In this document: piece by piece, positions 1 to 11,088 of the stretch
Position numbering within the stretch: position 1 is the stretch's first letter
Layout of the letters: each line of letters opens with the position of its first letter
Assembly: GCA_017938365.1 (NCBI GenBank)
Contig: JAGBBT010000094.1
Span: 100,509-164,508, forward strand
Source: Treponema sp.
GTDB taxonomy: Bacteria > Spirochaetota > Spirochaetia > Treponematales > Treponemataceae
Direction of reading: 5' to 3'
DNA: 64,000 bases
The notes under the pieces: model-generated
What the model saw: the letters and a program-made list of their open reading frames with translations, nothing else
Databases searched by the model: none
What the model was told of the DNA's origin: nothing
Position numbers and translations under genes: made by a program

Positions 1-1428
1 ATATTTGTGATTGATATAGCAAAAGATGAAATGAAGGCGACTTGTACTATAAATGCACCTTCTTTAGGTGGTGCTGATGTTTCACCTGAAATGATTATTA
101 ATTCATTAAAAAATCAAGGTGTTGTTGCTGGAATTTCAAATGAAAAAATAGATGCTCTTATAGATAACCCTGTTTATAATGTTCCTACTGTTGTAGCAGA
201 AGCAGTTTTACCTGTCGATGGACGAGATGCTTATATTGCATACAATTTTGAAACAGATCGTTCAAAAATTAGGGCAAAAGAAGCTGCTAATGGACAAGTT
301 AATTTTAAAGAACTTAATTTAATTCAGAATGTTGTGGAAGGACAACCTTTAGCACAGAAAATGTTGCCAGAAAGAGGCCGTTCAGGAAAAACTCTTTTTG
401 GAAGATATTTAGAAGCCAAAAATGGTCGTGATATAAATTTACCTCTTGGAAAGAATGTTACTGTAGATACTGACGGAAGGACAATCTTAGCGGCTGTTAA
501 TGGTCAGGTTTTACTTATTAACGATAAAATTAATGTCGAACCGATTATGGAAGTTGATGGAGTTAATATAAAAACTGGAAATATTACATTCCTTGGAACT
601 GTTATTGTAAAAGGTAATGTCGAAGATGGTTTTGATATTAAAGCTAGTGGAAATATAGAAATTAATGGTGCTGTAGGAAAAAGTCGTCTAGAAAGTGATG
701 GTGATATTATAGTGTCTCAAGGTGTTATGGGCCGAGATGAAGGGGAGATTATTTGTGGTGGAACATTGTGGGCTAAGTTTATTCAGAACACAAAGGTTAC
801 TGTACAAGAAAATGTTATTGTAACTGACTCTATTATGAATAGCGATGTTTCAGCACAAAAGCGAATTATTTTGCAAGGTAAAAGAGCTCAAATTACAGGT
901 GGTCATTTGTTTGCGACAGAAACCGTTCTTGCCAAAAATATTGGTTCTGTTGGTGGTGGTACAGAAACTGTTATTGAGGTTGGATATGATCCAAAGGCAA
1001 AACATCGACTTTCTGAGTTATTAGAAATGCAATCTAATAATTTAAAAGAATTAGAAGAGTTGGAATTAAACATTCAAACCTTAGAAAATCAAAAGAAGAT
1101 TAGAAAAACTCTTCCAAAAGATAAAGATGATAATTTACGTAAATTCCTAAGTCGAAAAGATGAAATTATAAGCGAAAATGAAAACTTTAATGCTGAAATT
1201 CAATCTATTCAAGCACATCTTCGTGAGTTAAAGAATATTGGAAAAATATATGCATCAGGAACAGTTTATGCTGGTGTAAAAATTTATGTTAGAGATGAGA
1301 AAGATGAAGTAAGAGCTGATGTAAAGTCTGTTACATTCTATTATGATAACGGTTTTGTTCGTCGTGGAAAGTATGAACAACCAGAATTTGACGATATAAA
1401 GGGTCCTGATGGCTATAGCACCAATTGA
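1..1428 (+). CDS. fapA: FapA/DUF342 flagellar assembly protein (probably 5'-truncated by window)
   Basis: DUF342-like motifs (VDGRDAYI, NLIQNVVEGQPLA, TGNITFLGTVIVKGNV beta-solenoid) and C-terminal coiled coil; frame is open to position 1. Confidence 0.85.
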   Translation: MFVIDIAKDEMKATCTINAPSLGGADVSPEMIINSLKNQGVVAGISNEKIDALIDNPVYNVPTVVAEAVLPVDGRDAYIAYNFETDRSKIRAKEAANGQVNFKELNLIQNVVEGQPLAQKMLPERGRSGKTLFGRYLEAKNGRDINLPLGKNVTVDTDGRTILAAVNGQVLLINDKINVEPIMEVDGVNIKTGNITFLGTVIVKGNVEDGFDIKASGNIEINGAVGKSRLESDGDIIVSQGVMGRDEGEIICGGTLWAKFIQNTKVTVQENVIVTDSIMNSDVSAQKRIILQGKRAQITGGHLFATETVLAKNIGSVGGGTETVIEVGYDPKAKHRLSELLEMQSNNLKELEELELNIQTLENQKKIRKTLPKDKDDNLRKFLSRKDEIISENENFNAEIQSIQAHLRELKNIGKIYASGTVYAGVKIYVRDEKDEVRADVKSVTFYYDNGFVRRGKYEQPEFDDIKGPDGYSTN

Positions 1429-1735
1429 TTTACAGACAATGTATTCTCAAATGAATAATGTTGCAAAAACTGTCGCAAATCAGCAACAAGGTACTCAATT
1501 AGTAAATGCAATGCAGGAATCAAAAATTGTTCGTCAAAATCTTGAAAATTCAGCTCAAGTTCATAAGGCTGCTGATAATGAAGCTAAGTCTGGGCAAGTA
1601 AAAGCTGATGGTCATGGATCTTCGAATAAAGAAGGATCTGATAATAAACAAAAGAAATCAGATCAAGAACAATCTGATAAGGAAAATGTTATCAGAGAAT
1701 CTTTTTTAGGGCAGCATATAGATATTACGAGGTAA
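1409..1735 (+). CDS. Small hypothetical protein of flagellar operon tail (MAIAPIDLQ...GQHIDI)
   Basis: 108 aa ORF overlapping the fapA stop; terminal motifs resemble proteins found after DUF342 genes. Confidence 0.7.
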   Translation: MAIAPIDLQTMYSQMNNVAKTVANQQQGTQLVNAMQESKIVRQNLENSAQVHKAADNEAKSGQVKADGHGSSNKEGSDNKQKKSDQEQSDKENVIRESFLGQHIDITR

Positions 1736-1740
1736 AAAAA

Positions 1741-2448
1741 ATGATAGGAATCGCACTTCTTGCCTTTTTTTTATGTACCATAAATATTTTACTTTGGTGG
1801 ATTTTTTTAAGGAAATTTAAAAACTTATTTACAGTTGATGATGTTATTTCAGATGCAAGAACTGAACTAAATCATCTTATAGAAGACTTAAATAGAAATA
1901 CTTACAGAGATATAAATCTGATAGAAGATAAATTAAAAGAGATAAAAGCAATAATTGCAGAAGCTGATAGGCATGTTGCAGTTGCTCATTCAGAATTAAT
2001 AAAACAATCTGAAAGTGAAGTATTTAAAAATTTGATAAATGCCAAAAATCAGAGAGTAGAGAGTCCTAAAAAGACTTTAGCACAGCGAAACGCGAGTTCG
2101 TATTTAAAAGCTTCGGAAGGTCTTTCCTCTCAATTATCATATGATATAACTTCAGAAGGTAGTAGGGCTTTAGGTGAACAAGGTGATTTGTTTGCACAAG
2201 AAGATTCTCCTTCTGTCGTAAATAATACAGGAACAAAATTTACAATAGAACAAGATGGCACAGCTGTTGCTTCAATTCCAAAAATTGCTCCAAATATAAC
2301 TTTTTCTGATAATCCAATAATACAGCGCAAAGAAAAAAAAGAAACTATAAAGGAATTGTTTGAACAAGGATATTCAGTAGAAGATATTGCTACACAGTTA
2401 AAAGTAACCACTACAGAAGTTCAGTTTTCTATTGATATGTTTTCTTAA
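1741..2448 (+). CDS. Membrane-anchored hypothetical protein with coiled coil and C-terminal HTH-like segment (DUF6115-like)
   Basis: N-terminal TM helix; C-terminal LFEQGYSVEDIATQLKVTTTEVQF; SD gagg upstream. Confidence 0.7.
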   Translation: MIGIALLAFFLCTINILLWWIFLRKFKNLFTVDDVISDARTELNHLIEDLNRNTYRDINLIEDKLKEIKAIIAEADRHVAVAHSELIKQSESEVFKNLINAKNQRVESPKKTLAQRNASSYLKASEGLSSQLSYDITSEGSRALGEQGDLFAQEDSPSVVNNTGTKFTIEQDGTAVASIPKIAPNITFSDNPIIQRKEKKETIKELFEQGYSVEDIATQLKVTTTEVQFSIDMFS

Positions 2449-2584
2449 TTATAGAAATGCAAAAAATACTCGAATTAAAGTACTGAAATTTAACAAATTT
2501 TTATATTAATTTCAATTTTTTAATGATATATTTAAATTGTTGATGTAAAATAAAAATGTAAATTTTAAAAATTGAGAGGTTAAC

Positions 2585-3196
2585 ATGGATGTACAGTTAC
2601 AAGAATTAATCGATAAGATTAAGAGAGATGGAGTCGCTGTTGCCGAAAATTCTGCTTCTGAGATGATTTCAAATGCTGAAAAAGAAGCAAAAAGAATTAT
2701 TGATAACGCTAAAAGAGAAGCTGAAAATATTATTGATCAAGCAAAGGAAGAGGCTAATCGTTTTGAAAAATCTAGTGAAGATTCAATTAAACAAGCTAGT
2801 AGAAACTTACTTTTGCAATTTAGAGATAGTGTTACAAAAGAATTATCTTCAATTGTAAACGAAACAATTTCTGATTCTATATCTAAAGATTCTTTAGAAA
2901 AATTAATTCCTGAGATAATAAAAGAATGGACAAAAAATTCTGACGCTAAAGATATTTCTGTTCTTCTTTCTGAAAAAGATTTACAAACATTAGAATCGTC
3001 TTTTAAAAATTCCTTAAAGAATGAGATTTCTCAAGGATTAACATTAAAGGTTGATAATTCATTATCAAAAGGATTCCGTGTTGGTATAAAAGATGGTGCT
3101 GCATTCTATGATTTTTCTGCAGAAACTGTTGCTGAATTATTTAGTGCTTATCTTAATCCAAAAGTTTCAGCTTTAATGAAAGAGGCGGCTAAATAG
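2585..3196 (+). CDS. atpE: V-type ATP synthase subunit E
   Basis: MDVQLQELIDKIKRDGV start, charged coiled coil, first gene of V-ATPase operon, SD gagagg. Confidence 0.9.
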   Translation: MDVQLQELIDKIKRDGVAVAENSASEMISNAEKEAKRIIDNAKREAENIIDQAKEEANRFEKSSEDSIKQASRNLLLQFRDSVTKELSSIVNETISDSISKDSLEKLIPEIIKEWTKNSDAKDISVLLSEKDLQTLESSFKNSLKNEISQGLTLKVDNSLSKGFRVGIKDGAAFYDFSAETVAELFSAYLNPKVSALMKEAAK

Positions 3197-3738
3197 TGAA
3201 TCAATATTATCTTTTGGCTCAATTGCCATCTTTTTCTGTTGAAGATGTTCATGGGAATCTGCCAATAACGGAGGAGTATTTTTTTGATTTATGTACTCGT
3301 TTCCTTGATAAAAAAAGCATGAAAATTCTTTCGGAGCTTTCTTTAGAGCCTCCTAAAACTTATAAGTCAACGGGGTCTGTTTTTGTTGATGAATGGTACA
3401 AAAAAGAAAGATCTCTTAGATTTGCATTGGCTCAAATTAGGGCTTTGAAACTCAATAAAAAATATGAATTGGATGAAAATTCCTTTTCTCCTGATATTGT
3501 TCAAGTTGCTAGGACTGCAACAGGTATGGAAAGTCCGTTATCTGCTGAGTTATTCTTGAACAAGTATAGATTAGATTTGATTGAAAGTATTCGTCCTAAT
3601 GATAGTTTTTCTGTTGATTCTGTTTTTGAATATGCTTTGAAACTAAAATTAGCACAACGAATGAGAAAATTTGATGTAGAAACTGGTATGGCTTCTTATA
3701 AAAAAATATACGAAAAAATTTTGGGAGATAATAAATGA
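3196..3738 (+). CDS. V-type ATPase subunit C-like protein (DUF2764)
   Basis: YYLLAQLP motif; lies between subunits E and A; GTG start overlaps TAG. Confidence 0.8.
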   Translation: MNQYYLLAQLPSFSVEDVHGNLPITEEYFFDLCTRFLDKKSMKILSELSLEPPKTYKSTGSVFVDEWYKKERSLRFALAQIRALKLNKKYELDENSFSPDIVQVARTATGMESPLSAELFLNKYRLDLIESIRPNDSFSVDSVFEYALKLKLAQRMRKFDVETGMASYKKIYEKILGDNK

Positions 3739-5504
3739 CGGATACAAAAGGAAAGGTAATAGGTATTAATGGTAATATGGTTTCTGTTGAATTTGACGGA
3801 AATATTTCCATGAACGAAGTTGCCTATGTTAAGGTTGATGGAACTGACTTGAAAAGTGAAGTAATCCGTATCCGCGGAAATACTGCACAAATGCAGGTTT
3901 ATGAAATTACAAAAGGAATAAAATGTGGTGATGTAGTTGAGTTTACTGGTGATTTACTTTCTGCAGAACTTGGACCTGGTCTTTTAGGACAGGTTTATGA
4001 TGGACTTCAAAATCCTCTGCCTTTATTGGCTGAGCAAGCTGGGTGGTTCTTAGAAAGAGGTATTTATGTTGAGCCTTTAGACAGAAAAAAGAAGTGGAAT
4101 TTTACTTCAACTGCAAAAGTTGGAGATGTTCTAAAAGCTGGTGAATATATCGGAACTGTTCCAGAAGGTCCTTTTACTCATAAAATTTTTGTTCCTTTTT
4201 ATCTTCTTGGAAATTACACTGTAAAATCTATTGTTTCTTCTGGTGAATATACTCTAGATGATAATTTGGCAGTTTTGGTAGACGAAAAAGGAAATGATGT
4301 AAATGTTACTATGTCTTTTCGTTGGCCAGTAAAGAGAGCTATTGATTGTTATTCGGAACGTTTAGCTCCTACAGAAACAATGGTTACAAAAGTTCGACTT
4401 ATTGATACTTTCTTCCCAGTTGCAAAAGGAGGAACTTATTGTATACCAGGTCCATTTGGTGCTGGTAAGACTGTTTTACAGCATACAACTTCTAAATATG
4501 CAGATGTTGATATCGTAATTATTGCTGCTTGTGGTGAGCGTGCAGGTGAAGTTGTAGAAACTCTTACTGAGTTCCCTGAATTAAAAGATCCAAAAACAGG
4601 TAAATCTTTGATGGAGCGTACTATTATTATTTGTAATACTTCGTCAATGCCTGTTGCTTCTCGAGAAGCTTCTGTTTATACATCTGTTACTTTGGCTGAA
4701 TATTATCGTCAGATGGGATTAAATGTTCTTCTTTTGGCTGATTCTACATCACGATGGGCTCAGGCCTTACGTGAAATGTCTGGACGATTGGAAGAAATCC
4801 CTGGAGAAGAAGCATTCCCTGCTTATCTAGAATCATATATTGCTGCTTTTTATGAGCGTGCAGGTCAGGTTGTCCTTCCTGATGGTTCTAAAGGTTCTGT
4901 TACTATTGGTGGTACTGTAAGTCCTGCAGGAGGTAACTTTGAAGAACCTGTAACTCAGGCTACACTGAAAGTCGTTGGTGCTTTTCATGGTTTATCTAGA
5001 GAAAGATCTGATGCTCGTAAATATCCTGCTATTGATCCTCTTGTTTCTTGGTCTAAATATTCAGGGGTAATTGCAGAAAACAAAGTTTCGTTCTGTCGTT
5101 CTATTCTTCAGCATGGTGTTGAAGTTGGCTCTATGATGAAAGTTGTTGGTGAAGAAGGAACTTCTTTAGAAGATTATATAGTTTATTTAAAAGAAGAAAT
5201 GCTTGATGCTGTTTATTTTCAACAGAACTCTTTTGATGCTGTTGATGCAAATGCGACAGTAGAAAGACAAAAATATGATTTAGATAAATTAATTAAAATT
5301 CTTGGTTCTGACTTTGATTTGTCTGATAAAGATGAAGCTCGTACTTATTTTAATCAACTAAGACAGAAATTTATAGACTGGAATTATGTTGAAGAAAATA
5401 GTGATGCTTTTAGAAAAATAGAAAGCGAAATTGACGGTTTATATTCTTCTAAGAACGGAAAAGTAAGCCAAGTAGTTGAAAAACTTCTTAAGGACGGTGA
5501 ATAA
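3735..5504 (+). CDS. atpA: V-type ATP synthase subunit A
   Basis: Walker [42 protein letters not shown]. Confidence 0.97.
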   Translation: MTDTKGKVIGINGNMVSVEFDGNISMNEVAYVKVDGTDLKSEVIRIRGNTAQMQVYEITKGIKCGDVVEFTGDLLSAELGPGLLGQVYDGLQNPLPLLAEQAGWFLERGIYVEPLDRKKKWNFTSTAKVGDVLKAGEYIGTVPEGPFTHKIFVPFYLLGNYTVKSIVSSGEYTLDDNLAVLVDEKGNDVNVTMSFRWPVKRAIDCYSERLAPTETMVTKVRLIDTFFPVAKGGTYCIPGPFGAGKTVLQHTTSKYADVDIVIIAACGERAGEVVETLTEFPELKDPKTGKSLMERTIIICNTSSMPVASREASVYTSVTLAEYYRQMGLNVLLLADSTSRWAQALREMSGRLEEIPGEEAFPAYLESYIAAFYERAGQVVLPDGSKGSVTIGGTVSPAGGNFEEPVTQATLKVVGAFHGLSRERSDARKYPAIDPLVSWSKYSGVIAENKVSFCRSILQHGVEVGSMMKVVGEEGTSLEDYIVYLKEEMLDAVYFQQNSFDAVDANATVERQKYDLDKLIKILGSDFDLSDKDEARTYFNQLRQKFIDWNYVEENSDAFRKIESEIDGLYSSKNGKVSQVVEKLLKDGE

Positions 5505-5506
5505 TC

Positions 5507-6799
5507 ATGAATAAAGTATACAGCAGAATTGAATCTATTACAGGTAGCGTTATTACAGTCCGTGCTGAAGGCGTTAAGTACAATGAATTAGCTGAGATTA
5601 CAACTCGATTTGGTAAATCTCTTGCTGAAGTAAACAAAATTGATGGTGATTTAGTTTCTCTTCAGGTATTTGCAGGTGGAAGAGGTGTTTCTACAGGAGA
5701 TCAGATTAAGTTCTTAGGTCACGAAATGGAAGTTTCCTTTAGTGATGATTTGTTGGGACGAATTTTTAATGGCTCTGGTGAATCTAGAGATAATGGACCA
5801 ACATTAATTGAGAATTTAAAACCTATTGGAGGACCTTCTGTTAATCCTTCGAAGAGAATTTTAGCGGAAAGAATGATGCGTACAAATATTCCAATGATTG
5901 ATATGTTTAATACGCTTGTTGTTTCTCAAAAATTACCTATTTTTTCTATTTCTGGTGAACCTTATAATCAGCTACTTGCAAGGATTGCTATGCAGGCTGA
6001 AGCTGATGTAATTGTTCTTGGTGGAATGGGATTAAAATATGATGATTTCTTATATTTTAAGAAGACTCTTGAAGAAGGTGGAGCTTTAAGTAAAACAGTA
6101 ATGTTTGTTCATACAGCTGCTGATCCTACAGTTGAGTGTATAAAAATTCCGGATATGTCTTTAGCTGTTGCTGAACAGTTTGCTCTTCAAAATAAAGATG
6201 TTTTGGTTCTTTTAACAGATATGACTAACTATGCTGATAGTATGAAAGAAATTGCTATTACTCAAGAACAAGTTCCTTCTAATCGAGGTTATCCAGGTGA
6301 TTTGTATTCTCAGTTAGCTGCTAGATATGAAAAGGCTGTTGACTTTGATAATGCGGGTTCTGTAACTGTTTTAGCCGTTACTACAATGCCAGGAGATGAT
6401 GTTACTCATCCAGTTCCTGATAATACAGGTTATATTACTGAAGGTCAGTATTACCTTAAAGGTGGTAGAATTGAGCCATTTGGTTCTCTTTCTCGCTTAA
6501 AGCAGAATGTAAACGGTAAAACTCGCAATGATCACCGTGCTTTGATGGATGCTATGATTCGTCTTTATTCTTCATACAAAGATACTCTTGAAAAAAAATC
6601 TATGGGATTTATGATGAGTAAATGGGATGAAAAGTTATTAAAATATGGTGAACTTTTCGAAGAAAAAATGATGGATTTGTCTGTAAATATTTCTCTTGAA
6701 CAGGCTCTTGATTTGGGATGGAGAATTTTATCTGAATGTTTTGATAAGGATGAAACAGGAATTAAGTCTGAATTAATTGCTGAATTCTGGCCTAATTAG
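5507..6799 (+). CDS. atpB: V-type ATP synthase subunit B
   Basis: [36 protein letters not shown]. Confidence 0.97.
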   Translation: MNKVYSRIESITGSVITVRAEGVKYNELAEITTRFGKSLAEVNKIDGDLVSLQVFAGGRGVSTGDQIKFLGHEMEVSFSDDLLGRIFNGSGESRDNGPTLIENLKPIGGPSVNPSKRILAERMMRTNIPMIDMFNTLVVSQKLPIFSISGEPYNQLLARIAMQAEADVIVLGGMGLKYDDFLYFKKTLEEGGALSKTVMFVHTAADPTVECIKIPDMSLAVAEQFALQNKDVLVLLTDMTNYADSMKEIAITQEQVPSNRGYPGDLYSQLAARYEKAVDFDNAGSVTVLAVTTMPGDDVTHPVPDNTGYITEGQYYLKGGRIEPFGSLSRLKQNVNGKTRNDHRALMDAMIRLYSSYKDTLEKKSMGFMMSKWDEKLLKYGELFEEKMMDLSVNISLEQALDLGWRILSECFDKDETGIKSELIAEFWPN

Positions 6800-6815
6800 A
6801 TAATTGGTGGGTTAA

Positions 6816-7457
6816 ATGGCAAAAATTAAGCTGACAAAAAATGAGCAAAAAGCCCAAAAAGATGCGTTAAAGATGTATCAGCGCTATCTTCCAACACTTA
6901 CTCTAAAAAAACAACAGCTTCAGTCTGAAATCAGAACTATAGATGCGAAAGCAAAGGCTGTCCGTCAAAAACGAGTTCAATTGGAGAATGAGTTTAAAAT
7001 TTGGATTAGTGTTTTTGGTGAAGAAGAAGCTTTTAAGCCTGATATGGTAACAGTTAGTAATATAAAAAAAGGTATTGGAAATATAGCTGGTGTTACAATT
7101 CCTATTTATGAAGGTGCTGACTTTTCAAGAGGAGATTATGACTTATATGAGACTCCTTTATGGATTGATTTAGCTGCTGATAGGATGGAAAAAGCGTTGT
7201 CTTTAGATTTAGAAGCAAGTGTTTTAGATGAACAAGTTAGGCTTTTGTCTCAGGAACTTAGAACAACTACACAAAGAGTAAATCTATTTGAAAAAGTGAA
7301 GATTCCAGAGGCAAAAAGTAATATAAAGAAAATCTCTGTTTATCTAGGTGATCAACAAGTAAGTGCTGTTGTTAGATCTAAAATTTCAAAAAAGAAGATT
7401 GAGCAGCGTTTGGAATCATTTGACAATAATGATACAAACAAGGGGGCAACAAAATGA
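6816..7457 (+). CDS. atpD: V-type ATP synthase subunit D
   Basis: YLPTLTLKKQQL, TTQRVNLFEKVKIP. Confidence 0.95.
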   Translation: MAKIKLTKNEQKAQKDALKMYQRYLPTLTLKKQQLQSEIRTIDAKAKAVRQKRVQLENEFKIWISVFGEEEAFKPDMVTVSNIKKGIGNIAGVTIPIYEGADFSRGDYDLYETPLWIDLAADRMEKALSLDLEASVLDEQVRLLSQELRTTTQRVNLFEKVKIPEAKSNIKKISVYLGDQQVSAVVRSKISKKKIEQRLESFDNNDTNKGATK

Positions 7458-9409
7458 TAGTCCCTATGAAAAAGATTTCTTTAGTAATTTTAGATAAAGA
7501 CAGAAAATCGTCTCTTAAGGCTTTAAGAAAGTTAGGTGTTGTTCATATTGAAGATGTTCAAGGGTCTAGTGATGAACTTTCTTCGTATAAAAAACAAGAG
7601 CAAAAGGTTAGTGTTGCATATTCGATTTTATCTGAAGTAAAACTTGATAAATCTACTAAACAAAAAAATGTTGAACTATTAAATTATGAACAATCTATTG
7701 AATTAGCAGAGAAAGTGATAGCTCTGTCAGAAGAAAAAAAACAGTGCTTATCTCAGATTAATTCAGATACTACCGAATTAGAACGCTTTACTAAATGGGG
7801 TTCTGTAAATCCTGCTGATTTTGAGTTCCTTGAAAAAAAAGGTGTTTATCTTTATATGTATGAAATTCCTTCTGATAAGTATGATTCTATATCTGAAGAA
7901 TTATCTACTGTTCTTGTTAATAAAGATAAGTCTCAATCTCGCATTTTAGTTTTGACTGATTATTCTAAACCTGCTGGAGAAAGACCTTCTGGTTTGTGTC
8001 CTGAAGCTTATGAAGTTGTAATGCCTAGAATGGCAACAGAAGAATTGGCTAATGTTATTAAAGCTAATTTTGATAGGATAAAGTCTATTGAGGCAGAATT
8101 AAAAGACTGTGCAAAATATTTAACATCATTGAATAATTTGTTAAGTGTGATTTCTAAAGAGGTTGAGTTTGAAAATCTTTTTAGTGGAATGGGTCTTGAA
8201 GAATGTGATTCTACTGTAAAACTTTCTTGGTTGACGGGATATGTTCCAACAGAAGATTTGTCTCCTGTTGTCGAATTGGCTAAGGCACAAGCATGGGGAA
8301 TTGCTGTTTCTGATCCAACTGATGAAGATAATGTTCCAACAAAATTAAAGAATAATAAACTCGTTAGTTTGATTTATCCTGTAACAGATTTTCTTGGTAC
8401 TGTTCCTGGGTATAATGAGTATGATATTTCAAACTGGTTTTTATTATACTTTACAATTTTCTTTGGAATGATTTTTGGTGATGGAGGTTATGGGGCAATT
8501 TTATTATGTATTAGTTTTGTTGCCATGATTCCTTCAATTTTGAAAAAGAAAAGTCCAGAGCCATTTGTATTTTTATTATCGCTCTTAGGATTTGCAACTA
8601 TGGCTTGGGGGGCAATAACTTGTACTTGGTTTGGTCTTTCTCCTGAACAGTTACCAGACTTTGTAAAAAAATTGTCAATTCCATGTTTATCAAATTCAGT
8701 TGGGAATGCTAAAGATATAATGGGAAACAGTTCTCCTATTTCATTTTTAACTAATGAAGCTTGGGTTAAAGAAAATCTTCAGATTTTCTGTTTTGCTTTA
8801 GCTTTAATTCAACTAACTGTGGCTCATTTTAAGGGAATTATCAAGAATATAAAATCACTTAGAGCTTTTGGTGAACTTGGTTCAATGTTGCAGCTTTGGG
8901 GTATGTTTTATGTTGTTTTAAGTATGGTTGTTGATGGAAGGCGTTTCCCTCTTGGAGAAACCGAGGAAACTTATTATTTGTTTAATACTATTCCAGTTCC
9001 ATTACTTTGTATTGGATTAATTGGAGTAGGATTTGTTTTAAGTTTCGTTTTCTCAAACTATGAAAACAGTATAGGAAAGAGTATACTTGAAAGTTGTAAA
9101 AATATTGTTTCTGTACTTTTAGGAGTAGTAAACATATTTAGTGATATTGTATCGTATATCAGACTTTGGGCTGTTGCTTTAGCTGGTGGTGCAATTAGTG
9201 CGACTGTAAACGAAATGGCGGGTCCAATGTTAGGGCATGCAATAATGTTTATATTTGCGTTATTGATTTTATTTGTTGGTCATGGATTGAATATGATATT
9301 AAATGTTCTTTCTGTAATCGTTCATGGTGTGCGTTTAAATACTCTTGAGTTTTCATCGCATTTAGGAATGAGTTGGACAGGATTTAAATATAATCCGTTC
9401 AAAGAATAA
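7454..9409 (+). CDS. atpI: V-type ATP synthase subunit I
   Basis: FFGMIFGDGGYG, SDIVSYIRLWAV, HGVRLNTLEF; multiple TM helices. Confidence 0.95.
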   Translation: MIVPMKKISLVILDKDRKSSLKALRKLGVVHIEDVQGSSDELSSYKKQEQKVSVAYSILSEVKLDKSTKQKNVELLNYEQSIELAEKVIALSEEKKQCLSQINSDTTELERFTKWGSVNPADFEFLEKKGVYLYMYEIPSDKYDSISEELSTVLVNKDKSQSRILVLTDYSKPAGERPSGLCPEAYEVVMPRMATEELANVIKANFDRIKSIEAELKDCAKYLTSLNNLLSVISKEVEFENLFSGMGLEECDSTVKLSWLTGYVPTEDLSPVVELAKAQAWGIAVSDPTDEDNVPTKLKNNKLVSLIYPVTDFLGTVPGYNEYDISNWFLLYFTIFFGMIFGDGGYGAILLCISFVAMIPSILKKKSPEPFVFLLSLLGFATMAWGAITCTWFGLSPEQLPDFVKKLSIPCLSNSVGNAKDIMGNSSPISFLTNEAWVKENLQIFCFALALIQLTVAHFKGIIKNIKSLRAFGELGSMLQLWGMFYVVLSMVVDGRRFPLGETEETYYLFNTIPVPLLCIGLIGVGFVLSFVFSNYENSIGKSILESCKNIVSVLLGVVNIFSDIVSYIRLWAVALAGGAISATVNEMAGPMLGHAIMFIFALLILFVGHGLNMILNVLSVIVHGVRLNTLEFSSHLGMSWTGFKYNPFKE

Positions 9410-9476
9410 TTAAAAATCCGATTGATAAAATATTCAGTCGGTTAAAATATAGAATAATTAATAGGAGAAAAATACT

Positions 9477-9905
9477 ATGGAATTTTTAGGAAGTTTAGGT
9501 TGTGCTGTTGTAATGGGTATTGCTGCTTTTGGTTCTGCAATTGGTATTATGATTGCTGGACAGGCTGCGATTGGTGCTTGGAAACGATGCTATATGTCTA
9601 ATAAACCAGCTCCATTTATTTTAACAGTTTTTGCCGGAGCACCATTAACTCAGACTATTTATGGTTTTTTGCTTATGCAGACAATGATGACATCTGCAGC
9701 TGATGCTGGTTTTAAACTTGGAATAGGAATTTGTTCTGGTTTAGCAATGTGTGTTTCAGCTATTGCTCAAGGTAAAGCTGGTGCATCAGGTTCTGATGCT
9801 CTTGGTGAAACAGGAAAAGGATTCTCACAGTATATTATGGTTGTAGGTCTTTGTGAAACTGTTGCCTTGTTTGCTATGGTATTCTCTATGGTTGCATTAG
9901 GCTAA
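9477..9905 (+). CDS. atpK: V-type ATP synthase subunit K (proteolipid)
   Basis: 4 TM helices, PLTQTIYG, SAIAQG, CETVALF; SD aggaga. Confidence 0.95.
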   Translation: MEFLGSLGCAVVMGIAAFGSAIGIMIAGQAAIGAWKRCYMSNKPAPFILTVFAGAPLTQTIYGFLLMQTMMTSAADAGFKLGIGICSGLAMCVSAIAQGKAGASGSDALGETGKGFSQYIMVVGLCETVALFAMVFSMVALG

Positions 9906-9926
9906 ATTGTATAATTTAGTTTGTTT

Positions 9927-9956
9927 GGCACTTCTTTATGAAGTGCCTTTTTTTTT
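9927..9956 (+). terminator. Rho-independent terminator of V-ATPase operon
   Basis: ggcacttc-tttat-gaagtgcc stem followed by T9. Confidence 0.9.
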
Positions 9957-9984
9957 GAATTAATTTGTTGTATAATCAAGTATT

Positions 9985-11088
9985 ATGGAAAAGAAATTTT
10001 ATAGTCCAAGAAAGATTTTTATAGGTGGAATGGGTAATACAGAAAGAATTGGAATAGGTGGAGATGCCCCTGTAACAATTCAGACAATGTGGAAAGAAAG
10101 TATTATCGATGTAAAAAATGATAACGAAAAACTGCATCAGATATTAATAAAAATAAATGAATTGAAAATGTTAGGTTGCGATATAATTCGTTTCGCAGTG
10201 CCTGATATGGAAAGTGCTGAAAGTTTTATTGAAATTTGTAAATTATCAAATATACCATTAGTTGCTGATATTCATTTTGATTATAGATTAGCTCTTAAAT
10301 GTTTAGAAGGTCCTGTGGCTGCTATAAGAATCAATCCTGGAAATATTGGAGCTAGAGATAGGGTTGAAGCAGTTGTAAACGGTTGTCGAGATAAGGGGGT
10401 TGCAATAAGAATAGGTGTTAATTCTGGATCGCTCCCTCATGATTTAGCAGATTTAGTAGGAAAAAAGGAATTAAGTCGTGCCGTTGCATTAAGTATGACA
10501 GCAGCACGAGAGGCAGAAATTTTTGATGAATTAAAGTTTGATCAATTTGTTGTTAGTATGAAGGCTTCTTCTGTTTTAGAAACTATTGAGGCGAATGAAG
10601 ATTTTGCATCAAAGTATGATATCCCTTTACATGTTGGTGTAACTGAAGCAGGTCCTTTAATTACAGGGGTTGTAAAATCCACATTAGCTTTTAGTCATCT
10701 TTTAAAAGAAGGCATTGGTTCTACTATACGTGTTAGTTTATCTTCATCTCCCGAAAATGAAGTTATAACGGGATTAGAAATCCTAAGGGAATGTGGAAAG
10801 AGAGAAGGCGGGGTAAAACTTGTAAGCTGTCCTCGTTGTGGAAGAATGGGGTTTGATGTACATGGTTTTATGTCTAGATGGCAAAATAAACTTTTGTCTA
10901 TGAAAAAAAACATTACTGTTGCAGTTATGGGATGTGTTGTTAATGGTCCTGGAGAAGGAAAACATGCTGATATAGGAATTGCAGGTGCTGGTGATAAAGC
11001 TATTATTTTTAAAAAAGGGCAAATAGTTAGAACAATTGATATGAAAGATGCCGATAAAGTATTTGAAGAGGAGTTGAAATCTTTATGA
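9985..11088 (+). CDS. ispG: HMBPP synthase (MEP pathway)
   Basis: PLVADIHFD, RINPGNIG, RIGVNSGS, CPRCGR, MGCVVNGPGE. Confidence 0.96.
   Translation: MEKKFYSPRKIFIGGMGNTERIGIGGDAPVTIQTMWKESIIDVKNDNEKLHQILIKINELKMLGCDIIRFAVPDMESAESFIEICKLSNIPLVADIHFDYRLALKCLEGPVAAIRINPGNIGARDRVEAVVNGCRDKGVAIRIGVNSGSLPHDLADLVGKKELSRAVALSMTAAREAEIFDELKFDQFVVSMKASSVLETIEANEDFASKYDIPLHVGVTEAGPLITGVVKSTLAFSHLLKEGIGSTIRVSLSSSPENEVITGLEILRECGKREGGVKLVSCPRCGRMGFDVHGFMSRWQNKLLSMKKNITVAVMGCVVNGPGEGKHADIGIAGAGDKAIIFKKGQIVRTIDMKDADKVFEEELKSL

Noticed and set aside
3735-5504. Intein in V-ATPase subunit A
   Set aside because: Normal length (589 aa) and contiguous motifs
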